Below, in pieces: positions 13,204 through 27,001 of a stretch of DNA of 64,000 bases (position 1 is the stretch's first letter; each line of letters opens with the position of its first letter). The position numbers and the translations under genes were made by a program. The notes below the pieces were generated by a model. The model was not told the DNA's origin. It did no database searches and saw only the letters and a program-made list of their open reading frames with translations. Source of the stretch: Octopus sinensis (Eukaryota); contig NC_043004.1 of assembly GCF_006345805.1 (NCBI RefSeq), positions 74,586,001 to 74,650,000 on the forward strand, read 5' to 3'.

Positions 13204-13921
13204 CACATAGATATACATATATATATATACATATATACACACATACATACACGTACGCGCATACCTACATATACATACACACATATATACTTACACCAGT
13301 CATATACATACCTACATACCCATACATCCATATATCTATACATATACATACACGTATATATACACAAGCACATACTAATACACACGCACACACATCTATC
13401 TACATATATAAAAAAGAAACCCAACAAGTCCATACATGTACACACATACACATACATACATGCATATACACATATATACCCATACACATATACACATACA
13501 TACACATACACATATATATACACACATGTATATATATACATATATACACATACATATACATACACACATGCATACACATACACACACACACGTGCATCTA
13601 TATATACACATAAGTACATACATGCATAAATGTATACATATGTTTATACATATGCATACACATACACACACACGCGCGCATCCTTATATACATAAATACA
13701 TACATGCATACAAACATATACATATATACATACATGCATACTCAAATAATAAATAATAAATGATAAATATATAAACATGCAGTTACCCATTATACAGACG
13801 GATACGTACATATAAACATACACATATATACCTATTTACACATATGTATATATACATACATACATACATACACATACACATAATTCTACATACCTACATA
13901 TACATAAACACACAAGCGTAC

Positions 13922-13982
<61 letters not shown>

Positions 13983-14060
13983 ACATACATACATATACAC
14001 ATATACATACACATACACATACATATACATGCACGTAAATACACGCACTCACATACATGC
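12050..14060. repeat. Complex (CA/TA/TACA) low-complexity array with duplicated unique-sequence islands
   Basis: Islands such as aaaaagaaacccaacaagtccatacat, catccgtacgcacacc and acctatttacacatatg each occur twice. Confidence 0.9.
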
Positions 14061-14269
14061 GTATATTCCTACTAACACCCATACATTTCTATACATATAT
14101 ACAATACATATATACAAGTGTACACATACTATATGTGAATAGTCTTAGGAGAAAAGGTAATTGGGGGTGCTGGGGGAATGGTGGGGGTGGGGGGTTTGTG
14201 GTTGGGGTATCGTCAATCGGGTTGCCGGGTGGGTCTGTAGTTTTTGTAGTTTGCATAAATTTTATGCAT

Positions 14270-14553
14270 GCAATTTGGGGAGTGTTCCGAGATCTTGTTG
14301 AGGAGAGGGTCTTTGGCGAACAAGATCTCCAGGCTCTCAGAAATGCAAAGGTCACAGCAGGTATGGCCTCCTGTGTACGAACGCGCCCTCTGTAGTAGTC
14401 TCCACTTGATCTTGAAGGGGATGGAGTTCCTTTTAAGGTACCAGATGTGGGCGGCGAGGGTAGTTTGGTTGGATTTGTCAGGTCGCCGGAACGAATGTGT
14501 GTGGGCGTACCAACGAGTCTTAAAGCTGTTTGACGTGTGTGGGCGATATATTT
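14270..14553 (-). pseudogene. GIY-YIG endonuclease C-terminal fragment of a second PLE subfamily
   Basis: KYIAH, then a frameshift, then TSNSFKTRWYAHTHSF...TTLAAHIWYLK...IKWRLL.RA.SY...CDLCISE...LLNKISE...CMH. This is the typical PLE endonuclease C-terminus with H and CxxC residues, clearly different from PLE-1/2. Confidence 0.8.
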
Positions 14554-14604
14554 ATTTATATATAACAATGTTAAGTTGTAAGGTACCACACGAGTGGAAA
14601 TATA

Positions 14605-15777
14605 TATATATTAAAGAATGTTTGAAAATGCAAGTTTAAAGATGTTTATTCACCAGACCGGTTTCACTTTTTCACAAAATATTGTCAAAAGTAAAATGTA
14701 AAGCTTTGAATGAGCTTTGTTGTGTTAAGTACTGGTTATCACAAAAGTATTAAAAAACAGAAATGCTTTCTCTGATAATAATAAGAAAATGTTTAAAATA
14801 ATTTACAAGAAAGTATTTGAGAAAGTAATCAGAACGGGCCTCCAAAAATTAGAGTTCAATAAAAATCATGTTTGTTTGGTAGTATATATATACACAGGAG
14901 ACATATTTAAGAATTTACAAAAAAATTGTAGAGGAATAATTGAACTTTCTGACGTTTTTCTCTTGTGTGCAGCTAAGGAATGTTTGCTATCTTAAGGAAC
15001 AGTGTGAGGTTGGGGGGGGGGGAAGCAAAGCAATGCGGAATCAAAAAGAATTTTTGTTTCTCGGCTAGCCTGTCATGGTTCAGTGGTTTTGGGGACTAGT
15101 CTTAGAGGTCAGAATGGTGTGAGTGTGTGTCTCTGTGTACGTCTCTATGTGTGTGTGTATATATATATACATGTGCTTGTGTTTTGTATTTGTTAGGATG
15201 GTGTGAATAATATGTGTGCACGTGTGTGCGTGTGTATGTTTGTGTGTTTTGCTTTGGTGGGAATGTTATGTGTGTGTACATGAATGTGTGTGTGTCTCTG
15301 TCTGAGTATATATGTATTGTTATACTTGTCCTAATGGTGTGTGTATGTGTATGAATAGTATTTGTCTCGGTGTTGTGTGTGCGCATGTGCGTATGTGTTT
15401 GTTCACATGTGTGTGTGTTTGTCTCTGTGTGTGCCTGTGTATGTTTGTGTGTTTTGTTTTGGTAGTGATGTTATGTGTGTGTACATGAGTGTGTGTGTGT
15501 GTACTTCAGTGTGAGTGTACGTGAGTGTGTGTGAATGTCTCTGTCTGAATATGTTTGTGTTGCTGTAATTGTCCTGGTGGTGTATGTGTGTGAGCTACCG
15601 TATGTGTGTGAGGGTGCAAATAATGCGTGTGTGGGTATGTGTGGGTATGTGCGTGTGTGTGTTGCATTTATCAGGGGTTCTGTGTGTATCCGTGTTTGTT
15701 GTGTTTATCCGCGTGTTGTGTATGTGTGTACGTGTACGTTCAGCGCATGTTGGTGTTGGGTATGCGTTTGTGTGTGT

Positions 15778-15812
<35 letters not shown>

Positions 15813-16980
15813 TATGTGGGTATTGTTTATGTAGCTTTCTGGGTGTGTGTACATGCGTGTGCTGTATTTGTGAGTGATTTGTTTTGTTTGTATTGTTAGT
15901 GCAGTGTATGTGTATACGTGTTGGTGTATTTGTTTGAGTGTATCTATGTGTCTTGTATTTCTCAGAGAGGTGTGTGTCATTGTATATGTGCATGCATTTT
16001 GTGTATGTGTGTTTTTGTTATGGTTGTTGGTATTGTATTGTGTGTGTCATTTCTTTTTGAGTGCGTGTGTGTGTGTACATATGTGTGCATATGTGGGCAT
16101 ATATGCGTGTTTGTGTACATATGTGTGCGTATATGCATGTGTGTGTGTAGGCTGTGTTGTACTTGCGTGTTTTTGTGAATGTCATTTGTGATTGTCAGGG
16201 TGGTGTGTGTAGGTGTGTGCATGTACATGCTTACTTATGTGTGTATATGTGTGTTTGTGTTGGTTATGGTTGCTAGAATCGTATTGCAAGTGTATATATG
16301 CATGTGCTTTTTCTTGGAATGTTTGTGGGTTTGTACTCTAGAGTGGGGATATTGTGTTTGTGCGTGTGTGTGTGTGTATGTGTGTGTGTTTGCGTAGGAG
16401 GTTTGCATTATATTTGCGCGTGTGTGGTTTTGTACATCTGTATGTGCTTCTGTGTGTGTTTGTTTTGGGTGTGTACCTGGGCTGGGTATGTTAGAGTATA
16501 TTGAGTTTTGGTCTGTATTTTTGAATAAGATTATTTTTCCTATTTATTCGTGCTTGGTCAGTGGTGTTCCCGGGCATGGGTATAGTGGGAAAATTAGGAA
16601 TTTGGAGGACTTGTTTTGTGCACAGGGATCTAAGTGCCCACAAAGTGGTATCTGTTTTTGTGGTGGGATCCCTCAATTGTTGGCCTTGGACTGTCATCTT
16701 TTCTCTTAGGGTAAGGCTCGTTTGCTTTATGTAATCTTTTTGGTACCCTTCACACCTTATGGCATAAAGTAAATTCTTTAATGCGGAGGTGAAGTTATAT
16801 TTTTACAACAAAATTGTGCCCCGCCTGGATTTTGTATATCGTTTCCTCAATGAGGTGGATGTAAGTTCTGCAGTTGGAACGACCACATTTCTGGACGGTG
16901 GGCAGTGGGCTTGTCTCGGGTAATTTTGCATTGGTGAGTAGGTTTTTTAGGGCTTTGGGTTGGTTTTTGCTTTTTATTAT
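14605..16980 (-). mobile_element. 5'-truncated PLE remnant (PLE-3), same broad family as PLE-1/2
   Basis: 16980-16491 translates with frameshifts to IIKSKNQPKALKNLLTNAKL...VQKCGRSNC, NLLYAIRCEGYQKDYIKQTSLTLR and RINRKNNLIQKYRPKLN. A CA-rich tail follows, then degenerate HHR TTGACAA...GAAACCGGTC (14688-14656), AATAAA and a short (TA)n. Confidence 0.82.
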
Positions 16981-18110
16981 TTTATGGGTTGCGAGTACTT
17001 TTTTTAGACGTTGGTCTTGACTCAGCTGTGGGAGTCACGAATGAGCGGATCCAAACAGTCATCAGGCTCTTGCTGACAGTAGTTGAGACGAGTTTGTCAT
17101 GGGTCCACGAGATGCGTTTTGATGGCAAAGTCAACTCCATGGACGCATGTTTCGTTAGGATTCTTCCCCTTCCAAAACATGAAGTACTTGGAGCAAGCCT
17201 CTGGGATGCTGCCGTGTCCAGGAGTTCTAGCCTCGCAAAAGGCTGACACGTCGATGTTAAAGTGGTCAAGTTCTTTGCAGACGAAAGTTGTACATCGCTC
17301 GTTTCGATTAATGTCAATCTTGTCCTGGGGAGTGCGGATGTTCCTGACCGAGAAAGTGAGAGATTCTGAAACAAAGGATTCAGTAGTCAATGATGGATGA
17401 GTTGAAGTAGAGCTCTGACCGCTGAATGGGAGGTCCACCAGCCACGGTATGCTGGCCCGGTCAAGTTGCCGTGTCCGATGTTTATCCCACTTTTTCTTGG
17501 CGCTTTTCTTTGAGGGGCAGACTGCAGTAATCTCAAAGAGGTCAACCCAGTCACGGGTCCAGCTGCCGAACTCCAATGTTACGACTATTCATTGGAGAGC
17601 GACCATCTGAGATTTGCTACCAATGTGTGGTCACGAAGTAGAGGCTCCCTGCTTTCCTGATCTGGCATTAGGCTTTTTTCTTTGTGACTCAAAGAGTAGA
17701 AAGACGAAACCAGTCGCTGAGTAACTTATTTAAAATGATCGTGACTGCGAGACGGCCATGCGCACGCACTTTACCAGGAAAGTTTCCACTGCGGCTCAAG
17801 AATTGAGACGTGCAATCTTGATGAGGGTGGTTGCAGCGAGCTGCCGGAGTCTATTCGCCCTTGTCACGCTTTTCTGCTGGGCGTTGCCCTCTTCTGCCGG
17901 AGTCAATCCTTGGGTGATTGCCCTCCTATGTTTGCTTTACTGTTGGGGTCCTGATGCTGGAGTTTGGTCGTGTGTAGTCTGGGACCTTATTCTCGACTTT
18001 GCCGCCATTGTGGCCCTACCAGGAATCTTAGACTCCAGACGACATCGCTCTCAGAATCATTGGAACACACAAGCTCTTCAACCACATCAAGGGACGACTA
18101 TCGTAAGGTA
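16981..18110 (-). mobile_element. RTE-clade LINE, 5' portion only (5' UTR + start of APE endonuclease)
   Basis: ORF 17097-17576: LTFSVRNIRT...RNERCTTFVCKELDHFNIDVSAFCEAR..GHGS...YFMFWKGK...VHGVDFAIKTHLV, matching the RTE APE N-terminus. The GC-richer upstream block resembles an RTE 5' UTR. Confidence 0.82.
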
Positions 18111-21100
18111 TATATGTGTGTGTGACTGTGGGGGTGTGGGGGTGTGGGGGTGTGCATAGCTCAAAACGCATACTCAACACACATACTTGAAAAATAGAAC
18201 GCTGTTCTATGAGAAAACAAGAGGAAAAATAGGAAGAGGGTTGATTCAAAAAGTAGAGCGAGAAAGAGGTGAATAAAAACGGAAAAGAAAGAAAAGATGA
18301 AAAATATGAGTAAGAGTTGCATTACATTTGTCCGTCGAGATCAGAATTAATCTGGCTAGTGTAGAATATTTCAACAGGGTAGATAACAAAATCCCCGAAA
18401 CAGCTGGTAAATTTAAAGAGGGTAGTCTGGTATTCTACTATACTATTTAATTACAGATCCGACAACAGAGAGGAGGAAACAGATTATAAGATAAATGGTT
18501 AGATAAGTTGACTCAATCAGCAAGGAAGTTTAAGCAAATAGCTTTCAATTTACACCTTAGCACACACAACAATTTTTCTCAGTGTATGGTATGCTTTCAG
18601 AATTATTTATAGTTTAACAACTACCACCATCATTAATGCTAGTCTCTAAAATAACTGAATACTTCTTTATGACAACCAGATATTATGTGCGTTGTAATAA
18701 CTGGGTATTCCTACAAAACCAGTATCAATAGAGAGATCTATACGTTTCTCAACACAAAAACGCTTCATATTACAATGCTGAAATGATACACTTGAAATAA
18801 AGGGATAGATTGCATATAAAGATACATCATTGGAGAATTTCTCTAGGGTACATTCTGCACGAAAAGCATCAGTTTGCATGAAAGTTAACAGAATGTAATG
18901 AGTAAAACAGAACAGTTGATAGGTTCGGCTATGTTGAGGAGTTCTAATAAGATAGAAACATGCTCTAATTGTCACCTAGCGACAAATCTCACTACATGAT
19001 GCAATTAAAGCTTTAATAAACTAATAATTTCATACTTTTCTCCCTTTCATGTCCTGTAAAATATTGAAATTAATGCAGAAGGTTTGTCCCCCCAATTACA
19101 GGCGAAGTTACAATCGATGGTAAGTCATTTTTGGAAGTATGATAATCTTCAACTAAATGCACAAAAATGTTGCGGATCCTTTATTCTTCATATATTTCTA
19201 TATTACATGCTCATGAGAAAAACTAACCCTAAGTTGTTGGTAAAAGTATTAGAAATTACATCCACAACTTTATCCTATCATACTTAACCAATTGTAGAAG
19301 TTATTTTATTAGTATAAAAATATTATGATACAATATGGTCCTTATTGCTCAAGGAGAATCAAAGAGACGGGAGGATTATGCCTGCACTTTCATTGATAAA
19401 AGAAGCTACTCAATAAAACCTATAGCTTAACAACAACAGCAACAACATTAGGCTGCCAAGATTCCAAGCTCTGTGTATTCTGTTACAATGATATATTTCT
19501 CTAAATTTCCTCACAGCACCCTAAACCATCTCTTATTTGTCTCCCAATTTTCTTTTTCTTTTGAATTGGAACATGTTTAGCGATTGTAGGACCCATTAAC
19601 ATGAATAAAATCGGCATTAGTACATACTCGACAACTTTATCGATCGAATGTATATTTGTATGTGATCTTGGCCAGGTCCGAACGCACAAGAGAGGATTCA
19701 AATAAATACTGTCAAAATGTTTGTTTGCAAATTGAAATGGGAATGTGTGACGTTCATGCCTTTCCCAAGGAAAATTATAAACATGGCCTTTAGATCAAAA
19801 TCATAATCACAACCCAACTTCATCAGAATCTTAACTTCCTGACTGTTATTGCTTAACATTATGATTGCATTATAAGTTATTCAGTACGACATTTTTCGAT
19901 TGCATTATAAATTATTCAGTACAACATTAAAAATTAAACAAATTGAAAGCGATCAATATATTGCGAAGTTGAAATATAATTTTTTTGTTCACCAATGGCA
20001 TAGTTACATGTGGTCTGGTTCGATTTGTTTATTTGCAAAGATCGGTGGTTAGAAGTGGTCGTTCATACGAAAAACTAACAACGCTGGTGGTAAAAATTAA
20101 CTTCTACTCTGGAGAGAAAAGAGAAACAATATCACATATTTAAGATTGTGTTCAAGAAAAGTGAAATAGACTGATGACAATTTCTAGAGCCTGAGGAAAA
20201 GTAAATTCAAGTTGTTTATCTCTCTTTAAAAGGGTAGAAAAAATTTGACGATATCGTTTTAAGAATATAGCATCATTTTCGAAACCAAGGCAAAAGAAAT
20301 TTACTGTAAAATTTCCGAAATTTGATCTTAAATTGAGAATAAAAGCATAAAGAAATTTAAAAAGTAACCTGCTCATCGAAACTGGAGAAAGAATCATTAG
20401 AAGGCAGAAGCTATTGTTTCCCATAAAACCGCTGTTTGGTCGAATTTCAGCTAATCTTCAAGCTTACTTAGCAACTCTGTAACAGACATAAATCTTAAAG
20501 GTAAGTGGATTAATGATAATAAGAGACATAATAACAATTGTTTCTATAATTCTATGTTGGAAATTACTGTCACCAATTTCTACTTTCCTTACATTAGATT
20601 TGCTATTATCATTTCGCATTTTCAGAGTGGAATGGAGAATGGTAGGTTTCTAAAAAGCATGGATCGACTAATAAAATATCTTCAGTATTCAGTCACCTAC
20701 CTTCACGTTCTGATTTGAAATCCCAACGCGTTTTCTTTTCGGATGTCTGTCTGTCTTTCCGTCTCGTTGTGCTTTCTATTTCTGATAGAAGTTGCTTTTA
20801 TTTCTAGACAGAGGGGATTAAATGAAGGGATAGAACAATCCCTAACTAAATTCCACTATTTAGTCTTTATCTCTTTCGTAATTAAGAGTATAATAAAATT
20901 TCAAGTAATATAGACAAAGTTGATGCAATCGGTTATATATTTTTGCCTTGGAAAATAGCGATTTTGTACCTGCGTAAGAAATCCTCGTTTCTAGTTAACG
21001 AATATTATTTAAACCTACTAACCGAAATATTTTACGTCAACTATAACAATTGAAATAGCTCACCTGTAAATTATGAAGGCGGGGAACAGTTTAAGAATAC

Positions 21101-22249
21101 ATTTCTTCTGAACAATGTAACACACTTTCTACATCTGTTATGAACTAACAAAAACTTACAAATATTACTCAATTCTTATGTTTCAGTTTAAACGCTTCTG
21201 ATCAAATTATTGTTTCTTTTTTATTCTACAAATAATTCATTCCAACTACAATAAGAATATTATTCATCTATACCAGGACTGGATCCCAATATTGTGGAAA
21301 GTTTTCACAAACACGAAGATATGACACACATATATTTCATTGACTTAGCAATAGCTTCAATATCGAGTCGTAGAAAATGTGTAAGAAATTATGTTGAGGG
21401 AATCTTAGCAAGTAATTTTTCTCGAAGAACGTATGTTTTCCACTGTTAATTCTGAGTTCAAATCCCAACGAAGGTGACTTTGCTATTTGTTGTTTCGGGA
21501 TAACTTACTGACACCATGTTGATGTAAGACCCTCTCTTTCTCTCATCTCTCTCTCAGTCTCTGTCTCTCTCTGTCTCTCTCTGTCTCTCTTTGTCTCTCT
21601 GTTTCTCTCTCTTTTTCTCTCCCTCACTTTCTTTCTATTTGACTTTCTGAAACAAAGTGGCTATAGTTAGATCTGGAGGGAGATGGGCTTCACCAGATTT
21701 GGAAGTAGCCTCAATACACTGTATGCCCCGGCGACGCTCTTGTCACCTCAACGAAAGGTTCATGACTCATGGCAAGCAAACAGTTCATCTGAAAATAGAA
21801 AATAAAACCTCACAACATGCAAAATCCTTGATTGATTTGGAAAATAAAGAATAAAGTTTAAAATTTAGGAAAGCAATATACTCAGAGTTTAAATTTTGGT
21901 GTGAGTAGAGAGAATTTTATAGAACCATTCTTATAGTAGAAATTAATGAACCAAAAAATCAGAATTCTCGAGATATGATAGGATAATTATTTAACAACTA
22001 AAACATTGTGTTAATGAGTATCAACAAATAAACAGTTAAATTAGGGTTAACTCCGTTGAGTAGGTACAGAAGAAAATTAAGATATTGAATGAGAAAAGGA
22101 TACTACAAGTTGACTTATATTTGGGTAGCTTTTTTTTTATTTGATCAACCAAAAAAGAACTCGAAGAAAATTAAAGAAAACTTTGAAAAGGTGCGAATAA
22201 TCGAAATTGAAAAATTGCTGGACAGATTGAAACGTCTGTATAGGGATAG

Positions 22250-22264
22250 TGGATGAATGGATAA

Positions 22265-22295
<31 letters not shown>

Positions 22296-22310
22296 GATAA
22301 ATAGATAGAC

Positions 22311-22354
<44 letters not shown>

Positions 22355-22403
22355 GGATAGATAGATAGATGGATGGATGGATGGATAGATAGATGGATGG
22401 ATG

Positions 22404-22449
<46 letters not shown>

Positions 22450-22470
22450 GAGAAAGAGGAATATTGATAG
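22250..22470. repeat. (GATA)n/(GATG)n microsatellite
   Basis: Seen directly. Confidence 0.95.
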
Positions 22471-24589
22471 ATAGGCAGACAGATATACAGATCTATGTAT
22501 GCGGTTAGGCTACGGGACGAAGAGATAGAGCAATTTCGTTGTGCCACTCACGTCGGAACAATGATGGCATCAGACAGAATACAACGAACAGAAGGAAAGT
22601 GGATGTGGAGGGATATATTTAAAGGATTATCGAGTGAAAATAAAGGGCAAGGACAGGCAAATAGCGGGGATCAGAAAGGCGAATACGGTAGTAGCGTTAG
22701 AGTGAATAGTTAACAAATCGATGATGTTGAATAATTATTAATTTAGAAACATAACTTTGTCAAATATAAATCATTATACTATAGTATTTTTTATATACCT
22801 CAAATATTTCCTCTCGAGTGGATCGTAGTATTCTCTTATTTTCATACTTAACATCTCTTAACTCATCTATTTTTACTAATCTATTATAGGATGAATTAAA
22901 TAAAATTTCCATAAATAAACAAAATAAACGTTTTCTTCATTCGATAATCATAATTCTTCTGTATATTTAAGATAATAATAGTTCTTCTTTATATTTCTGC
23001 TCCTTAAATCTAAACTTAATTTGACACTGTTTTTATTTTATTTTTCATTAACAATTAATTCATTACCAATAATCTCTACCTCAGCATGGCCTCGTTCTGA
23101 TGGTGGAAACAAGTCAAAGACACAACTTCTTGATCTTTCAGAAATAATATAGCGTTTTCACTATTTATCTCCTCATTATTCTTAATGGCAATTAATTTTA
23201 ATCTAACACGGTTAATCCCTTATAATATTATAATGTCTTTCAGCTAAATCTTTTTGACATTCATTTCCGTTATGATTAAAATTAATTATATTCTGTCAAA
23301 ACATTTCTTCTTTCGCCTCCTTTCTGCTATCTGGGTGCCATAATTTTTGATCCCATTTTGTGCCCTTAATCAAAAGTATCAAGTGTTCAGTCTCTTACCT
23401 TTGCAACTTTTTTTCATCCTTTTCTCTCAACTTTAAAATTTCTACTCATTCAAATTGGATATTTTATTCTTGAAATTGATATTGCCAGCATCTAAAATTT
23501 ATCTCTTTTCCCTTATATTTAACTCGGATATATTAACCCTAAATAACTCAACCACTAAAGATATCCTTCAAGCACACTAACCTGATAAAAGCACCTCTCG
23601 AAAAATCAAGGCTCTGCATACTAGTTTCATAGACAGAACATTTCCATATTCAGCTATAAATAACAACGCAAACCCTATTGTTCCATATCCCATATCAAAC
23701 CCAGCATTATCTCTGACTCCCCTTCAGCAAAATCAAAAGTCACTCGATGAGTTTCCGCAGTACTAGAAATAACCCAAATTAGAATCATTAACATTTTCTT
23801 TTAACTCAACAATTTTACTAACCTCATTAAGCACACCCTTCCTACGATCAACAGGCACCTTATTAAAATCAATTGTATCTTTACCGCATAAGAAAGCTCT
23901 CCGAACAACAGACCCCTAATAATTCATGTTAAGATTTAGAAAAGAAACCAGCCCCTATTACTGAATAAACCCCAATACAAAAACTAAAATTATATTCATT
24001 CCTTACCGCCCATATATCCAAAACATATCTACGAATATTGTATAATATTCACAAAATCGAAACGAAAAACAGCCTTATGAATGTTCAAATAAGAAAAGGA
24101 AAACAATGAATCAGAGTCGTTTCACATAGTCTTTTCTAAATAATTCAATTCTATCTCATCAACGTTGTGAAATCCCCATAAATCCCATTTTAATAGGCTT
24201 CTTCACGCAATTGAAAATATATTTATTCTTTTCACTCAAAATAAAAATTAAATCGCAAATAATGCATAAATGCGAACTGCAACAAATAAAGAACTGTACT
24301 GAAGAATTCGGGTGGGATTGTGTTGCTTAAGGTATAACAAAGGCGTGTATTTTATAATTCAGTCAATAAAGAAAAACAATAAGGAAAAATATTTATACCA
24401 AATTACTTCAGTTAATTACGTAAACCATTGAAATAGAGAAATTCCTTAAATCACTGTGTTATAAATGAGGAAATGGTTATTGCCAGAATTTAGACTTAAA
24501 AATATCATTAGATGTTAAAGGAATAAGGAATATTAATCCTAATTAAGTCGCAGAAGAAGTAAAACTTGAAAACATCAATGAGGTCTCTA

Positions 24590-25330
24590 ACACAGAGAAA
24601 TGTTTTCGTCATCAGACCTTTCAGCTTTATCCATCAGATAAACACTTTCGCCATAGCCACCAGACAAATGTAAACTATTTTACTTGTCAGGTTAAAGGAT
24701 AGCAGAGGGAAAATCATCACCATGGACTCGGTCAATAGATGGATTGGTCCCACACGATGTTCGACATAACTCCGAACACTGAACGAGTGCATATAGAATT
24801 GTTTCGTTGCTCTCGGCACATCTCAGACAAGTTCGTTTGAGGGCACATCGGAGGCTGTAGTGTTTATCTCGAACCAGTAACGCCCCTCAATAACATGGCT
24901 AATCAAAGGACTTTTGAAAATTATCTATGGTAGCCTCCAATCGGCAATTCTTCCTTAATAGAGTTAACCAGTTTGTTTTACCGAACGCCCGAAAGTCTCA
25001 CAGGAAAAAAGTCATACTTCGTCACCACTAATTCTCTAAAGATTCCTGAAGTGGAACATCCACTGATCTCTTTGACCAACTTGTGGTCACTGGTGAATAC
25101 CTCAAGATACAGTCTCGCTTTGCTCACCCCTTCGAGCTATGTCAATACATATGTCGTCCATATATGCTGACATGGCTTTGACAAATCCCAGTACACAGCC
25201 ATTACTCCTCGAAACCTCTAAATTACGCGTGAGCGCTAAAGGTTAGAGAAAGGGTGAGTGGGCGAGCATTGACATATAATACTGAACGATTGCGTTAGAT
25301 GACTATGAGAAGATGTACCTATACATTGCA
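24590..25330 (-). mobile_element. Decayed Tx1/L1-like LINE 3' fragment
   Basis: YVEHRVGPIHLLTESMVMI...ICLVAMAKVFI resembles the C-terminal region of the 58330-59760 element (YLLSRVGGILLSAESIVNI). Confidence 0.5.
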
Positions 25331-25722
25331 GCGAGTTATCCCCTAAAGACAGAACTGAAACCAGTCTCCGCGTTGACAACTCCCAAATATTGGTGGTTTA
25401 AGTCTATCAAAAGCTTTCAACTGACCTAAAATTGATCAAGACCACACTCATTTTAGGTTATTTATCTATGCTTTCTATGATATAATGTGTGATGTGTAGG
25501 TTGTCGTGAATATTTTGGCTTGGTGGGGGTGAGGACACATATTTATGCCTCACCCAGTAGAGTGTTGACCACAAGTAATCAGCCTCTCGGTTAATACCTT
25601 GACTGAAATGTTGAACTCTTTGCATTTGGCAGAAATACGGGCCCGAAGTTGTCGAAGTCATCTATTTTGTTTGGTTTGGGTACTTTTTCGGCAGTGTCCC
25701 ATCACACATCTGTCAAGGCTAA

Positions 25723-26443
25723 CCGTAAATGAGAAAATGATCAACAAAAATTGGCTGTTGTGGGCATTAAGGGGTGGAATTAGGTTAAGAATTTAGTTTG
25801 TGAAAGGATATGATATTTACGGTCAGCGACACAGGCGAAAAAGGAATCTGTTAGATTGGTTCTTTGAGAAGCTAGAGATGGGGTGTAGGTGATATTTATT
25901 ATACCAGGCTTAGAAAACTGGGTAGCTGAGAGAAGACCGAAGACAATGTAAGGATAAAGAATAAAGAAAAGTAAAAAGTGAAGAAATATATAAATGCATA
26001 AATAAAGCCAATTAAGTATAGGGTCGGAGTTTAGGTTTCGCTAGTTAAGGCTAAAGATCAAACATTAGGCGATACTACAGTTCTTAGAGGTATTCAGAGG
26101 TTATAGGTTGAACTTTGGGGTGGAGGAGTACAAAGGAAATCAAATGGCTATTTCTAATTATTGTGGAATTGTAGTGATTTGTGCGATTTATTTATCTGGT
26201 AAAGGGAAAAGAAGTAGGATGTTGTTATAGATACGAATATGCTATATGGGATACTGGCGATCACATGTATTATGAGGACCTGTTTGTTTGGAAAGGAATT
26301 ATAATCTTAACAAACAAAGCATTTTTCACCTTGGTCGTTGACCGTAAATATATTACATCCTTTCACAAACTAAATTTTTAACCTAACTCCACCCCTTAAT
26401 GCCCACAACGGCCAATTTTGTTGGACATTCTCTCATTTCACGG
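25723..26443. mobile_element. MITE-like foldback with about 110-bp imperfect inverted arms (25723-25830 and 26334-26443)
   Basis: Long shared core ttgtgggcattaaggggtgga...tttagtttgtgaaaggat and its reverse complement; about 500-bp non-coding interior; no TSD identified. Confidence 0.75.
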
Positions 26444-26667
26444 CAAGCAGCAACAGACTTCAGCCACATCCCTGCTGTATTCTTGAGATATTCGTTTGCT
26501 TCTAAAATTGTATTTCATCTGACGGTTACGGTTTTTTTTTCAATGAAGTAATGTTCCCATTCTTCTATTTTAAAAATGGAGTGTATCAACAACGTACAAT
26601 CAACGTAACTTCTGCTTTGGACCAGCCATTAGGCGTTTAATATTCTATGTATGTATATTTTTCAGGA

Positions 26668-27001
26668 ATGAAAGTGTCAAATCAATACAATATGATTGTC
26701 AGTCTCCTGCAAGTCTTCACAATTATTTTTCTCGTCATATTGAATTTGAAATCTGTTGAATCAAACAAAATCGAACAACTTTTTAGAGAAACAACCACAT
26801 CAAGATGCTTGAATGTTCCAAGTGCAGCAACCGAATATACGACATCCGTCATAGAATGTGCAGCACGGTGTATGATGAATGAAGAATGCGGTTACTTTAG
26901 CTATTGTAATGAAAAGTGCAAAATTTTTAAATTGTTCTACGACGAAAACATTGACGATATAAATTGCGACTGTTTGTCATATATGAAACACTCCGTAAGC
27001 A
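26668..27001 (+). CDS. Coding exon 1 of a putative secreted PAN/Apple-domain protein (signal peptide + Cys-rich domain)
   Basis: Acceptor tttcag at 26665, ATG at 26668, hydrophobic IVSLLQVFTIIFLVILNL, SVIECAARC...ECGYFSYC..KCKIF (PAN-like, 8 Cys), donor A/gtgagt (phase 1). Confidence 0.85.

Noticed and set aside
18300-18520. ccccGAAACAGCTGGTA resembling an HHR 3' half
   Set aside because: No CUGANGA-like core upstream.
19079-19119. Possible micro-exons 19079-19119 (GLSPQLQAKLQSM, gtaagt donor) and 20626-20641 (WNGEW)
   Set aside because: Splice-like signals only; too short to assess and cannot be linked to any gene model without RNA data.
23040-24000. Purine-skewed minus-strand block suggestive of an old CR1/L2 remnant
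   Set aside because: No intact RT or APE motif could be read.
24600-24618. Minus-strand CTGATGACGAAA, hammerhead-like
   Set aside because: No stem II and no stem I pairing; it lies within a Tx1-like coding remnant.
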